DNA of 64,000 nucleotides. It comes from Phoronis australis (taxonomy: Eukaryota > Animalia > Phoronida). This document shows positions 34,632-48,000 of the stretch, piece after piece (the stretch's first letter is position 1; each line of letters opens with the position of its first letter). The notes beneath the pieces were generated by a model that was not told the origin of the DNA, made no database searches, and worked only from the letters and a program-made list of their open reading frames with translations. The position numbers were made by a program, and so were the translations under genes. Location of the stretch: positions 1,171,552 to 1,235,551 of the forward strand of contig NMRA01000045.1 in the NCBI GenBank assembly GCA_002633005.1. Direction: 5' to 3'.

Positions 34632-37430
34632 AGTAAACCAACACTTAAACAGCTGAGTACTGAGTGTCTACGCACTGAGCCTGTGAAGTGTTTCCAAATT
34701 TAAATTAATAACAATTAATGGCATAAGTCAATGGCTCTTTGAGAGATAATAATTTTCAATCTTTTTACTCTAAATTACACACTGTATGTAAAAAAATGTC
34801 TGTCTGTCTGTCACGTCAAGTAGTGAATCAAGATTACCTGGACATGTTTCACGCAAGTGAACGGCAAAAGTGTACATGTATCAAATTAGGGCCCCTCAGT
34901 TCAACCTGTACAACGCTACTGCTGGCTCAGCTTGTCTACCCAACCCCCGGCCGGCTTGCCAAAAGTGAAGTTTTTTGGGTTGCTAGCTGTGGTTGGTTGG
35001 TTTCCCCTGCAGCGGGGCGGTATAGTACAGCATTGTCTTATTTTATATCAATGTATACTTTGGTGCATGGCCACCGCGGTGTCGACTCAATGTATATTTA
35101 TCAATTATATTGAAAGAGGAAAATTCGGTTGATCAAGATCAGAGGAAATATGTATGCATTTATTATACAAATAAATTACGATAATGAATTCAGTAGACCG
35201 GTACATGGTGTACCAACGGGCCGGGGCCGGTCAGGGTACCGGGCTGGTGCTGACCTGGTACCATAATGTTTGTTGGGAACTATAGGTCTTAAGACTATCG
35301 ATGATAATTTAAAGAAAACTCGCAACACAGCAACTAGAGAAGATGGGCTGGAGTGGGTTTCAGTTCACAGACAGTCCGCCACGTGCGCAGCATTTCATAG
35401 ATCATGAGAATTAATGCGCGTTAAGACGAACACATGAAGCGTGACGTAACTGAACACCCTCACTAGTCACGATAGAATGTGGCGTGAAACATTAACTTGA
35501 TAAATCACATAGAGAGAGCGCGCCCGTCAAACCCGGCGACTTTTCACGTTAACACCGTACTCAGACAAAAAAACAAACAAAAATGACCTCACTTTATCCC
35601 ATCCGAAAGTCACGATGCGCTCCCCCATTGGTTTTGCCAATCGGGATAAATAACCCACTGAAAAATTGATGTTTCGCTGAATTTTGATGTAAGATGATGA
35701 ATATTGGACAGCTTCACTAATATCACTTGCACATCCCACGTTACGGGTGGAGAGTGGGTGGAGTCAGTAAGAAGGTCCTCAGAAACTTTTATAGGAGTAC
35801 CCGCCATTCAAAGCACGAGTCTAATAAAGTTAATCTGAACCTTAGGCCCTGTGATTTTTAATATCGGAAATAGACAAAACTTCAGCCGATGTTTCCGACA
35901 CAAACTTCCACCTACTTTATTCCAAGGAGTAAGCGTTACTTCTCCTCAACAACGTTTGCGTTTCTACACGTACACGTGCTTACTCTCTGGCCTGCACACG
36001 GTATAAAAATAGCTTTCTTTTTCATTAATGCTTTATCAGAGTGACAAATCCATTTGCAAGTTTCTTAAAATTGTTTTATTGTTCATGTGGCAAATATTAC
36101 AGTATGTATTAAAAGACATGATGTAAATAAACATTGCCAGTAAAACCAAAATCAATTGACCCTGTAGCTCATTCTTCAAATTGTTAGGGGGGGGGGGATA
36201 TACTTCATAGCAGGCAATTGGCAAACAACACTTAGATGGTCTTAACCTATCAATTCTGAAAACATCATTTCCTGAACAATTTTTGTTCACTTAAGCTATG
36301 GTAGGTAGGTGTATTTTCTAGAACCACGACAGCTCACTGCACAAAATAGATTAACCTTTGCCAAAAACAATAACAGAATGTTTTAGGAATTATTACAGAA
36401 TACACAGGCAGTCCAATACTTTGTACAGCTTAGCAAGTCCATTATCAAACAGGATAATAGAAATAACAAAATATAAACATCCCTAAATATCATCCCGGAA
36501 TAAGTCTTAATCTAATTTCTAAAAATAAAGTTGGATATGGAAGACTAAGACTCATAAAATTGCACAATGGAAATACATTGCATTTGTGTTTGCCATTTAA
36601 AATCCAACTTTGTTCTATAATGTAAAATCAATTAACATCAAAATATCTTTAATAAAAATACTATCACATCATCAGATAACACCCTTGTCTCACTGAGGTA
36701 GTTCTGAGTATGTTTCTGAAACTTTGACAGAAGAGTCTGCAAACATACACTTCATAAGACTACGCAACAATGACAGACCGAGTCCATGACCACATTTTCC
36801 CGTTCAGTGACTTTACCAGACGTAGAGGGTTGTGAGCATGTGATAACATCTAGCTTCTTTATTAACTGCCAAGCACAGCCTTTTGTCTAGTATAACAACA
36901 TGCAGGCCTATTACAGACCATGTGTGAACAGTCAAAGCCAAAGCGAATTGGTACTTCGGAAACAGTAGATTGTCGTAACTTCAGTTGTAGTTGGGCGATT
37001 TTGGCGATTCAAAAACTAAACATGATCACCATTTTATGAGGACTTCAAAAATGCTATTGCTTTATGTTCAAATATGTTACAACTTAACTTTTATTTTTAA
37101 CAGCACAGCCCAGTCAGGCTAGATATGATCTTATTGGAGAAATTATCGAACAAAAGAGAACTGGCCCTCCAACCATAAATGCCAGTATGGAGATAATTAG
37201 TCCCGTAAGATATTGGCTACAGGGGTCATCTTCCCAACTTGTTATTGGGCTACAGAATCGAACAAGTTGGGAGCAACGGGAAAACGCCGTAATGAGCAAT
37301 CAAAATATTTTTGGCCAACCGGCTGACCCATTCTGCGGGTCACCTGGTAATTTCATCAAATTTAGAAGTAGTGTGGATCTTCTGTGACAATGAGTTTGGC
37401 GTGACTAGGCTTAAAATAACTGAGAAGTAT

Positions 37431-37726
37431 CAGGGGCGGATCCAGGATTTTGAGATGGAAGGAGGCAGGGCACAGGAATAAGCAGCATTTCGGCAGATGT
37501 GTGCGCCCAGCCTAGAATCTGGGGATGCAGGGGTCTCGAATTCTTGGGTTTGCGGACCTGGTGACTAAAAAAAGGTAAACAGAGTTTATTCAGGACTTAT
37601 GCGTTGCATTGTTTATTCACCCCCCAAGCTCCCCTGGTTGCGCGCATGTGCTAGTCAGCAATTCGCACCCGAACTCACAAATGGGATCTGGTAGAATTTT
37701 AGGGGGGGNCCCTAAATCCGTCACTG
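37431..37726. mobile_element. MITE (hAT5-like, 5-bp TSD)
   Basis: CAGGGGCGGATCC...AAATCCGTCACTG with AGTAT duplicated on both sides. Confidence 0.75.
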
Positions 37727-39037
37727 AGTATTGCAATAAAGTAGGTTGAGCAAATAAAATTCACTTACTACGAACATTTGTTATGGTTGATTCAAACGTA
37801 AGAGGTATTGCAGTAAGAGCCACACACAAGATTTGGGCCAAATCAGGCTACAGTTATCCTCAGCTGAGAATCTGCATCAGAGAATTTGGCTTACCCAGCG
37901 TTCCCTGTTGAAAGCAGTCAACTAAGGCATTTGGACAGGGTTCTTACAGGAAAAAATTACTAACAAAGCACACACCTAGAACTGAATAAGTAGCACCCAA
38001 CAAAAACCTTAGAGGCAAGAAATGGGTTTTTATAAACACAATCCATACTATGCCCACATTTACAGGCAAAGGAAAATGGAAGGTTTCTTGAATTATTCCA
38101 AATGGAATTCACACAATTCAGTAGCTATCCCAGAATTTTAATGCAGCTAGAGGGCATCAGAATATCCAAACCTGTCCGAAAATCAACATCACTTGTGAGC
38201 TTCTCATCAAAAACACATCTGCCAATTTTAATAATGGTCCTTCGAGAGGTTAGGCACATAGGTGTCAAAAATGCTCTAAAATTTTTTAAAATGGCCACTA
38301 GGTGGCAAAGAATATTTCAAATCCGTCCAAAAATGGGGACGCGGAGTCCCCTTCTCAACAGAAACCCTTTTTTTCCAAATTTCATGAAAATCCAATGAAC
38401 TCCAAAGATACAGAAGCGAACCTAAAAAATTAAAATTGCTACGAGAGTCAGTGGTACTCGCATCAGTCTGAAACTGCCAAATCTCATTACGATCCTGCAA
38501 AGGGCTTAGGACATAGAGCAGTAGATGCCAGGACGAGCAGACAGAGATGACAGCTACATGCAACATCAGTTACCAGAGGCCAACTCTGTGCTTCACTCAG
38601 TCTATGGTCTTTTTTCCGAGAAACTTTGCCAGTATACTAAACGAAAATGATCAGATTATCTTGTTTCACAGAAAGAAAAATTAGGATCCCTGTTACGTTA
38701 ACAACAGTAATCAGATAAAACACCATGCAGCTATTATGGCAGCACAATTCTAATCACATAATGGCTTAGTCACCTTACTAAAATTCCTGTTAATTCACCT
38801 TCATCCCTGGTCATTAGGGAAGGCTGCTCCGACAATAAAATCAGCTTCCATCCAGACATCATCAAATGGAATCCCAGGTCATTTTTTGACATATACTTTA
38901 GCATCAGATGCTACATTTCTCACATTCAAGCTTACACAAAATGTTTATATCTTGGCCTATGATAAAATAAAGTAGGGCGGAGTAAGGTGACTAAAATTAC
39001 ACACTTTATCATAACAACATCTAGCTTTGGACAGTCA

Positions 39038-42000
39038 TCAAGGGTACCGCTCATCACTCAGGAGGGGGGTTCTCTCTTGAACGCTCAAGGTTCTTTTTCT
39101 TTCTGTTTCTGGTTTGTTTCTGTACATAAAAAACTGAAGTGCAATCTGGTAGTGCAGTTAAGGAAGTGATAAATTATTTTTTCCAAAAATGCTCAGGCAT
39201 TCCTTCTATCCCTACATCTGCTTTGTCGCTTCGAATTTTGTCTCTGAAATCAGCAATTCATGCGACAAGTATGCACCCTCGCGTAAAGGTGCATTATCAG
39301 TTTAATGGCATTGGAATTATTGTTGGATAAGGTCTTGAATTTGTTAGCTATAAAAGAGCAAAATCTGCTGTTTTTCTATTTTATTACAAATCTTCAATTA
39401 TAACCATTGTCTGACTGACATTCACTGAAACCAAGATCGGTGTCTCAATATATTCAAAAATACTCTGCGATTTGGCAAATGGGATTTGGTTCAGCAGTAG
39501 AGTGTTTGGCTGCTACTGCGGAGTTCATGAGTTTGAATCTGAGTGACTGCTAATTTCTGTAAAATTCTGACACAGAATGTTCCTCTAGATTTCCAGCAGT
39601 AATCCACAGAACATAGAAATTAATGAAAGTTCATTATGGGAATGGGGGGGGGGGGNAAAATATAAAGTTCTGTTTGTGCCCCATTATGCACACTAAACTG
39701 AAGAGCACTTGGGCCCACATGAATACATATGGTGCCCAATGGAAAGAACCATTACACATGTCTCTATTTCAAGGATACAGTGAAATCCAGTGCCATCACA
39801 CCAAGTGAGCCCACTAACCAAGGCATATGCTGAATGACAAAAATGCCGTCCACTGACTGCAAGAGCACACTCAATCCATATGTGCCATTACCAATGAGAG
39901 CCATGATAAAAAGCGCCAACGACAGACCTTCTGTGCACTTTCTCTTAAACTAAAACAAATGAGAGCATATTGATTAACAACAACACAACGGTAATCTCTA
40001 CATTTTCGGCATAATGTAGCGACATGTTTCGACAGTAAAACATCCACCATTGTCAAGCTTTATTCAGAGAATGGATGACAGGATGACTGCAGCACGGAAA
40101 ATTCCAAAACATGTAAAAATACCAGAACATGATTGGATCGCCTATTGCTAAAATAAAACCTTGAAAATGGTGTATGTTTTACTGCAAAAACGTGTCGCTA
40201 TATTTTAGAAAAGTTGTCTTTATTCAAAATTCCTAATTAAGGGCACACCACGGCAAACAAGTGGAATGTTGCTTTCTCTCTTTTCCATATGGACAATATG
40301 CAAAATGCAAAACATACAGACATATAGATACTTCTCCATGTTCGAATTCTGTACCATAACCAACATCAGACACTATTTTGAAAACATACGGGTAATCACA
40401 ATAATGTTAGAAGCCCTTAAAATTTTGGCAATTATTTTTGCCAAAAATTGATAAGATTTTACCGTATCATAGCGTTTGGTCATACAATATCGTTCTCATA
40501 CTAAACACGAGTCACGTGAAGTTTGAAATAAAAGATGCCCCTGCCTTCATACCTGATGTTTTTGGTTAATAATCATACCCTAAATTACCTAAATGATGCA
40601 ATATTATGAATTGGTGCTATGACATTGGCATAACGTGCTAATATTCCGACCAATCCTGAACAGTTACTACAAAAATTAGGCTTCTCATGGTGAGAAGGCA
40701 GATCTTATTCTGTCATCCGATATGGGGTCAGACAATAAGAAAGCAGTTCAGACGTCTTACACATTTGAGTTTTTTGATTGACGATTAGACATCTAATCTG
40801 TCAACTGATCAGATGGCATGTGAACACTGCATACTAAAACAAAGATATATTTCAATTTTCCTTAGTTTTGATTAGCATCATGATAAAACCTCACCAATTT
40901 TGGGCTAAAATAATTATCAAGAAGGAATCTTTTTCGTCTTTCACGGAATTCTACATTGTTGTATCTGACAATAACTTCAAACAAAAATTGTCTGATGGTA
41001 TAAAACTTAATGCTGTGTACTAAATTGGAGATATTTTAATAATGATGTTAACCAAGACGAACTATCTTATATGTCAATATCAAGCATATACGGCAGCCAA
41101 CATCACACAAAACTTCCTCAAGAGTCTTCAGGTCAACTAATCGACATCATGAATGACTTCACAGAAATTTACAAAACTTCAGAAATAAAGATGTCTACAT
41201 ACATTTAAATTGTACACAGTCACGCAGTCCTTCAAAGATACTCACGTTTTTAATAATCTGAGGTATTCTAGATGCAAAATAGAAAATGGCCGATATCGTT
41301 CCCAAAGCAAACCCCACATCTGTAATCATATTCTGAAAAGAAAGAAATTAACATGACGCCACATTATTGCAACAATAATGCTATTTCAAACTTAATAGGT
41401 AATAGATTTGTCAAAAATTGCCTCAAAATATAACAACCCGGAAACAAACAAAAAAACATAGACTAGTTTATTAAAAATATAATGACGAAAACCAGTACGA
41501 AACACTTTAAACCAACGGTCCCGACGGCTTTTCAATCACCGTTGAGTTTTGATTTTTCTGTCTAGACATTTGCTCTGTTCTGACATGCTCATTTATCAAT
41601 AGCTTTGTTAAAGGTGCTTTGTTTCCCAGTCAAACTAGGGTGCAATTTCACTCTAATTTTCCAAAAGGTAACAAATGCTGAGAATACATCAGTAACTGCA
41701 ATCCTGTTTCGATCCTCAACAACAGCTATGCCTAAAAATGGTAATTGATCCCCTCATACATGAAAATCAAAAGGGCAGTTATAATGTACTAGTTGCAACA
41801 TGCTGAACATGAAAACATTCTTGGATTTTTAGTGATGATAGATTTTAAGAAGGCATTTGATACAGTGTCCTGGAAATTTAATATGTATAACATGGTTAGT
41901 TTTGGAAGTGATTTTATTAAATGGATTTGTCTCCTCAACACAGGATCTCGGCTTTGCATGATCCAGCACAATTTCACTTCAGAGTACTTTGAAATTGGTT

Positions 42001-45000
42001 GTGGGGCCCGCACGGGGATTTTTCACCATACAAGTTCACCGTGTGTGCGGAGATCATGGACTTCTTGTTAAGGCATAAGCTTGGAATTAAAGGACTAAAT
42101 GTAGGTACCTGATCTCATAGAATTATGCAATATGCTTATGATATCATTATTATGTATACTCAATGTTTCTTTGAAAAGTGCCCTTAATCTACTTGATGAA
42201 TTGACTGTATAAGTTTTCGGGCTTGAAGCCGAATCTAAAGAAAATGGAATACTTGTGATCGGTGCTATAAAATTTAGTGGTAGATGCTTGTGTCCAGTGA
42301 GAAAAACATAAAATGAAGTACAGAATCTTTTACAACACTGGGAATTACATTTAGTTAAGATCTTTCTCGGATAATATCACTAAATTATGAAGACAAACTT
42401 GAGGAAATTCAAAATAGTATAAATTCCTGGAATAGGAGGAGTCTAACTCCTCTGGGCAAATAATTGTCGTGAAATCTTTGATGCTTTCTAAACTTGTTTG
42501 TCCATTTATTTCTTTGCCTTTGTCATAACAAGGAAACTATTCACAAGGTTGAAGAACTCTTTCATAATTTTATTTGGAGTGGTAAAAACAATAGAATTTA
42601 GAGAACTCTCCCATGCCAACACTTCTCCCTTGGTTGTAGAATGTCTCATATGGAATCGTTCATTAAATCATTGAAATTCTCCAAGTTTCGTAAAGCTGTT
42701 TCGTAATCCAAAGACGATCTATGGAAAACGTTCTCTCCCTGAGTATTCCATTAAATACCCACAGTAATCCTCTGCATTTTGGTAACATTTTTTGATGAGA
42801 TTTGATCAAAACGTACACATAATCTTTTCTGGAAAGTAATAGTTAATGGTGTCAGTAATTTCTTCCTAACTTTTCCTGTCGAGCGTGAGAATACAGCAGA
42901 TGAACGGTTATGATTCAATTCCAAGCTTTTTGCAGGCAATAAATACTTGTATTATGGAAAGTGGAATAAAAATAATATTGTGTAATGTTTATGAATTTTT
43001 AGAATCACAGTGAGATCTGATGATATATGATCAATTCTGCAGAGCACATGGCTTCTCTCCGCGGCTCAAGGATAACAATATGTGAACATCTTAAAATGAG
43101 AGAAAAATGAGAAGTTACTTTGCCAAACATCCCACACTTTCACGTATCGTACGTTTGCCAAGGGCAGGAAAATTTGTTTATATGGCTTTGGTTAACAAAT
43201 TGTACAAAATTTGAAAAAAATGGGAGACAGTATTTCAAAATTTCGCAAACTGACGAGCAGTTGTGGAAAGCCTAGTTGAGCTGTTAACTTTACGAATGAT
43301 TCAAAACTGAAGTGGTTTCAAACTCTTTTGATGCATAAAATCCTTATCACTATTCACCTATTTCACGAAAGCGCCATCTTCCCGCGCCATCTTTAAATAC
43401 TGATTGAAAACGAGGCACACTGATAAAACCTCGTGAGAGATCATCAGCTGGCCATGGTGTACTGTGCAGTGCCAGATCGTACCAATTCCAGTAATAACTC
43501 GTCGCTATTCTTCCCAGGGATATACTTAGCCACTAGCTCGCCCAGTCGCCAATGCGAATAAAAATGGTGCTGGGCGAGTAGAAGTTGACTTGCCAGTCGC
43601 CCAGGTGGCGAGCGAATTTCAGAGCGCAAAAGCACTATATCGTTCCCAGATGAATATGAATAATTTTCCTCCTCTTTGTGCTGTTTTTATCATGAATTTA
43701 AGGTTCAGTTTGGTCATCGTGTCGATGCTCCGGCAGTAAAAAAACATCGGCGCAGTGCGACCCTACCGATTCAGTACATGTCACCCGTTACGCGATTCGT
43801 CAAAAAACACAGTGTGTGGTCGTGCACAAAGAATTTGTGGACTAGTCCGAAACGAAGAAAAGGGGAGAAAGGTGGAAGACCGGTCCATGTGCTCATAGCA
43901 AATGAAATACTATATTTCTTGGAACTGATTTCTTATTGTAATGTACAATGTCATTTTAGCCAAAATTATTTTATAACATACGTCCTACAGGTGTAATAAG
44001 CGCCCATGCCCCTATAAGCGTCCCCACTCGTTTTCAGACTTCGCTAACACAAGCGCCCAGTCCATGAATGTGTATATATTTGTGCGAAAAAATGCCTTAC
44101 CTCACAGTTCTAAAATTCTACAGTAAATGTATTCAATTAATCAATAATATCCGACAGTCCTGAAAAATCATTGTGCACGGAATTTCTAGTAGACCACGAG
44201 CCTCGCCGCTATGTCGGTATTTAGCCGTGGCTGTACACTTCAAACCGTTCCGCAGTGCTTCAAAAAGAACGCAAAAGATTTGCTGATCTTACGAGGAAAG
44301 TGTCACACTATATGGTCTGGTCCTTCAGAACAGACGCAGCGTACTGGTAACGGGATTGGCCGTATTGTATCTTTCCCGTACAGATCTTCTCCCACAACAG
44401 GAATCCAGGGCCCCGTCTCTAATCTTTGTACTCGAAACGAACTCGTAACTATGTTTGGCAATTTCTCTGCTCCTTTTGTGCGAACTTAAGATAATTGGTT
44501 ATCAGACTGTGCTCGAATACATTATAGTTTATGCATAGGAGTTTCTAGTTCAAGTTTGCCCTTGAAGACCCTTATATTCGTGCTACAAACTCGAGTAAAA
44601 ACTCGAACTTTCGAGTTCAAACTCGAACTTATTGCTTTAATATACAGAGGCGGATCTACAGGGGAGGTTCAGGGGGTTTAAACCCCCCCCTCGGGACAGG
44701 ATCAAAAATAACAACTGGAAAAAAAATCGCCAGAAAAACGAAATTTAGCTAATAAAAATCCCAAAAAATCTTACACGGGAGGAGGGAAACCCTCTCGCGA
44801 CCTTCCTTCTCCTCGGTGCTACGCGCCTCGGATTCTTTCGAATCCTAAACCCCCCCCCTTACTGAAATCGTAGATCTGCCACTGATATTGGGTTTACAAA
44901 CTGTGAACTAAGGGCAATAAATTATCTACGTAAGTTATTGTGTACTCGAGCATAGAATAATAGACACTTATCTTGATTTCGCCCAAAAGTAGAGTAGAAA

Positions 45001-48000
45001 ATGCCAACTTAATTTTGAGTTCCATTTCGAGTAAAAAGATTGGAGACCGGGCCCAGATAGCTTTGTACACGTCAAATTATAAAAACCGCGAATCGAAACT
45101 TGGCCAAGAAGCGCGCTAGGGCCTACATATAATATGTGGGCCTGCTCAATGAGATAAATATAACTACACATACAGCTCATTGTGCCTGTTACTCTGGCAA
45201 ATGAACACTGATGACACGCACGCGCTCCCTCACTCGGTGCACACCTGTTGACTCACTTCAATACAAACGTCACGCAACAACATGTGTTTGTCCAGATTTT
45301 TCTCGTTGCGGGGTGCGATCAAGCGCACTTTTTTACTTAATCTGCTTTTAATCCCCACTCCGAGTCCACCGGAACTTAGAATCTTAGGAAAGGCTATTTG
45401 GAAAACTTAAGGAGGATTTCAGGTAATTTGAGTCGAAACTATTTTTACTCAAGAATTCAAGTTGTCCTATCGACGATCGCGAAGCAGCGACGCATCACTG
45501 AGCCGGCAAGTTTTCGCCCTGGGATTTCAGCACATTTTTTTAAAAAGATCGTAATTTAACAACAGAGTTTGATACCAATGCACCACAGTTTCGTAGACAA
45601 TCTGTCATAGGTTACATACGTCACAGCGCGTAAATTTGATGAATCCTAGCTTCCGAGAATTCAGCCGTTACGGAGACCGGGTTTTAACCGCCGTATGCTA
45701 CAAAAGCGTCCCCCTGGGCGCTTAATAGGGCGCCAAATACGGTAGCCCTAATAGATGGTGACATCAGTGCACGAAACGATGATTTTTATATAAACTAGCA
45801 GCAAGTTTGTGGTGACTGGCTGCAACGGCCGGGTGACTGAACTTCGGGCTTTGCGAGTAGATTTTCTGTCTCCGGCACTCGCCCAGCTGGCGAGCAGGCC
45901 GGGTTTTTCAAGACTAAAAGCCTGGGTATATCCCTGACTTCCACACTTTTCCAAAAGAGGGAAAACTACGAAGAAATGGCTGAGGAGGGTAAAAGTCTAG
46001 TTGCCATGCGTATTGCTATGTTTTTTGGAGATCGATTCAATATCAGACAACTTGATTTTTGGTAACGTTGATAAGTCTTTTGACCACACCACCTTGCAGG
46101 ACGATGCCATGTTTGTCAAGGCGCCTCGTTTTCGATCACCACGACAGCAGCGCCCCGCGTTCGTGAAATAGGTGAATTACTTTTCTCTTTGAAAATTGGT
46201 GTATGTGCAGTTTCTGTTGTAAGAACCACATGTCAAACACATCCACTAACACAAGAAATTGTAGGAACACCACATTTATCCACCTTCACTCTTATCAGGC
46301 TTCTATTGTGAGTCAGCATGCGTGAATAATTGGCTGATAAGCCACCTCTAGAACTACTTTTGGCTGAATGGATGACCAGGCCATAAAATGATAATTAGCC
46401 AAGACCAGTTACTAATGCAACAAAGAATAATGTTGTAGCATCACCTAGCNCTCAGCCAAGGTGGATAAATACGGTCTAGTTCAATTTTCCATACCCCACC
46501 GTTTACCTTCACCACTGGGGTTAGGACCAATCTTATTTAGTGGGACTGTTCATAGCATGCAGGGAAAATTATTCATTTGTATTGGTCATGTAAATGTGTA
46601 CAATCTCTTTTGGTCCTTCTTACTTCATTGGATAAACCTGAGAGTTAATTTGTTTTTAACATATGGTACCGAAGAGAGAGATTTGCCAAATTCTTGCCAA
46701 GTTTCAATTTACTAAAAACAGAAATATTCGAATATTACAAAATTGAGAAATTTATTTTCCAAACAAAATGCCAACTGCGAGTTTTCAACTGTCGATGAAC
46801 CCTATGGTTGTTTTGTTTGCAGAAGACTGTGAGAATGTTACGTGGCCCAAGGTGAATGTGAGTAACCGGGAAAGCAGATAATTACCATCCGTCGTATTTA
46901 TTCCACTTCAATTTTACCTCTTGTTCATATTGAGTGTGAGCATGACTGAATAAATTGTTGAAAAAAAGGGTAATCTGATGAAAAGACCTAGAATTTCCTA
47001 TGATGGTAGTGAAAGCCTCGTCAAGACGGTCGAGGGCAAGCGGACTTCACCTTCATCATAGTTGGAATGACGAACCACGATGGATTACCCATCATAATGG
47101 GGAATGTTGTCCCATTACTTGAAAACATGTTGGAGATCACAATAGAAAACTTACCGGAAAAATGAAATTGGCAGGACTAACAAGTAGTGTGCGACCGCCT
47201 GGACGTTTGATGACCTCCATGGATTGTGAAGCCAAAAGCCTATCTTCAGGAAACGAAAAGTACGTGAACCCAAAGAATAGTAATACAGCGGAGACAATGA
47301 CTTCTCGCTTGTAGCCATTATTCGGAGGATACGACTTCAAGACTTCACCTACAACCAAGATGGAAAAGCAGTGTTTAGTATATGTCAACACACATTGGTC
47401 ACTTTGAGAAAGTTTGTAAGTAATACCAGTGTGTCAGTCACCACTCAACCTTGGCTCACCTTATTATGGATCTGTCATGTCATGTGGAGAGGGGAATAAG
47501 AGTTTTTGGTTGGACAGGAAACGTTACAACCAACAGTGCACGACAGTGATTTTCTTTTTGTCTTTTAAGTCAAATAGGCAATTGCGGGTGCCGCAAAATT
47601 ATGGAAGACTCAAAAATCCATAAAACGTCATGTTTTTTTTTCCTCTTTAATTGAAAGGGAAAATAGTACTATGTTGCATGGAAAATTGCAGTAGTAAGAT
47701 GATAGTAACAATATTAATGACAGCGACAAATGAACACCTGTTCCATTATTTGTCAACAACTTCCATATAAAAAGCGAGACATCTGGGTCTATGCTAAAAC
47801 GTAAGGATGAAATAATAGACGCAACACATAAAAACGTACCAACGCCGTTTTTTTTTAACAGGATAGGTTACACCCATAAGTGCCTGATGACATTTTTTGT
47901 TTTTTAAGTCGAATGGGCAATTGTAGATGCCTCAAAAATTACACCAACTTCTTATAATAATATATCAGTGTCGCCATGTGTCAAAAAGCCAGACATTTTG

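Larger units (their letters stand above)
43515..45936. mobile_element. hAT-like non-autonomous element
   Basis: TIR CAGGGATATAC / GTATATCCCTG. Flanks TCTTCC / ACTTCC. Subterminal CTCGCCCAG/GGCGAG motifs at both ends. Confidence 0.7.
43352..46177. mobile_element. Unclassified TIR element (18-bp perfect TIR) inserted in the LINE
   Basis: ATTCACCTATTTCACGAA (43352-43369) / TTCGTGAAATAGGTGAAT (46160-46177). Confidence 0.65.
41450..46780 (+). mobile_element. Decayed L1/Tx1-clade LINE ORF2 remnant, antisense in a SLC66A1 intron, interrupted by nested elements
   Basis: GPDG-like motif near 41515, IDFKKAFDTVSW...FGSDFIKWI, QYAYD (YADD-like) near 42128, KLKWFQ...HKILIT near 43310-43350, and IHLYWSCKCVQSL near 46570-46610. 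Confidence 0.8.

Noticed and set aside
38276-38566. Extra SLC66A1 exon (LGSLLYLWSS)
   Set aside because: It lies beyond the stop at 39038, and the true second PQ loop is at 41246-41332.
39482-39550. tRNA gene
   Set aside because: Degenerate A/B boxes and no cloverleaf. More likely a SINE head.
47510-47940. Diverged ~90-bp direct duplication (also a two-unit repeat at 52580-52715)
   Set aside because: Ordinary local duplications with no functional signal.
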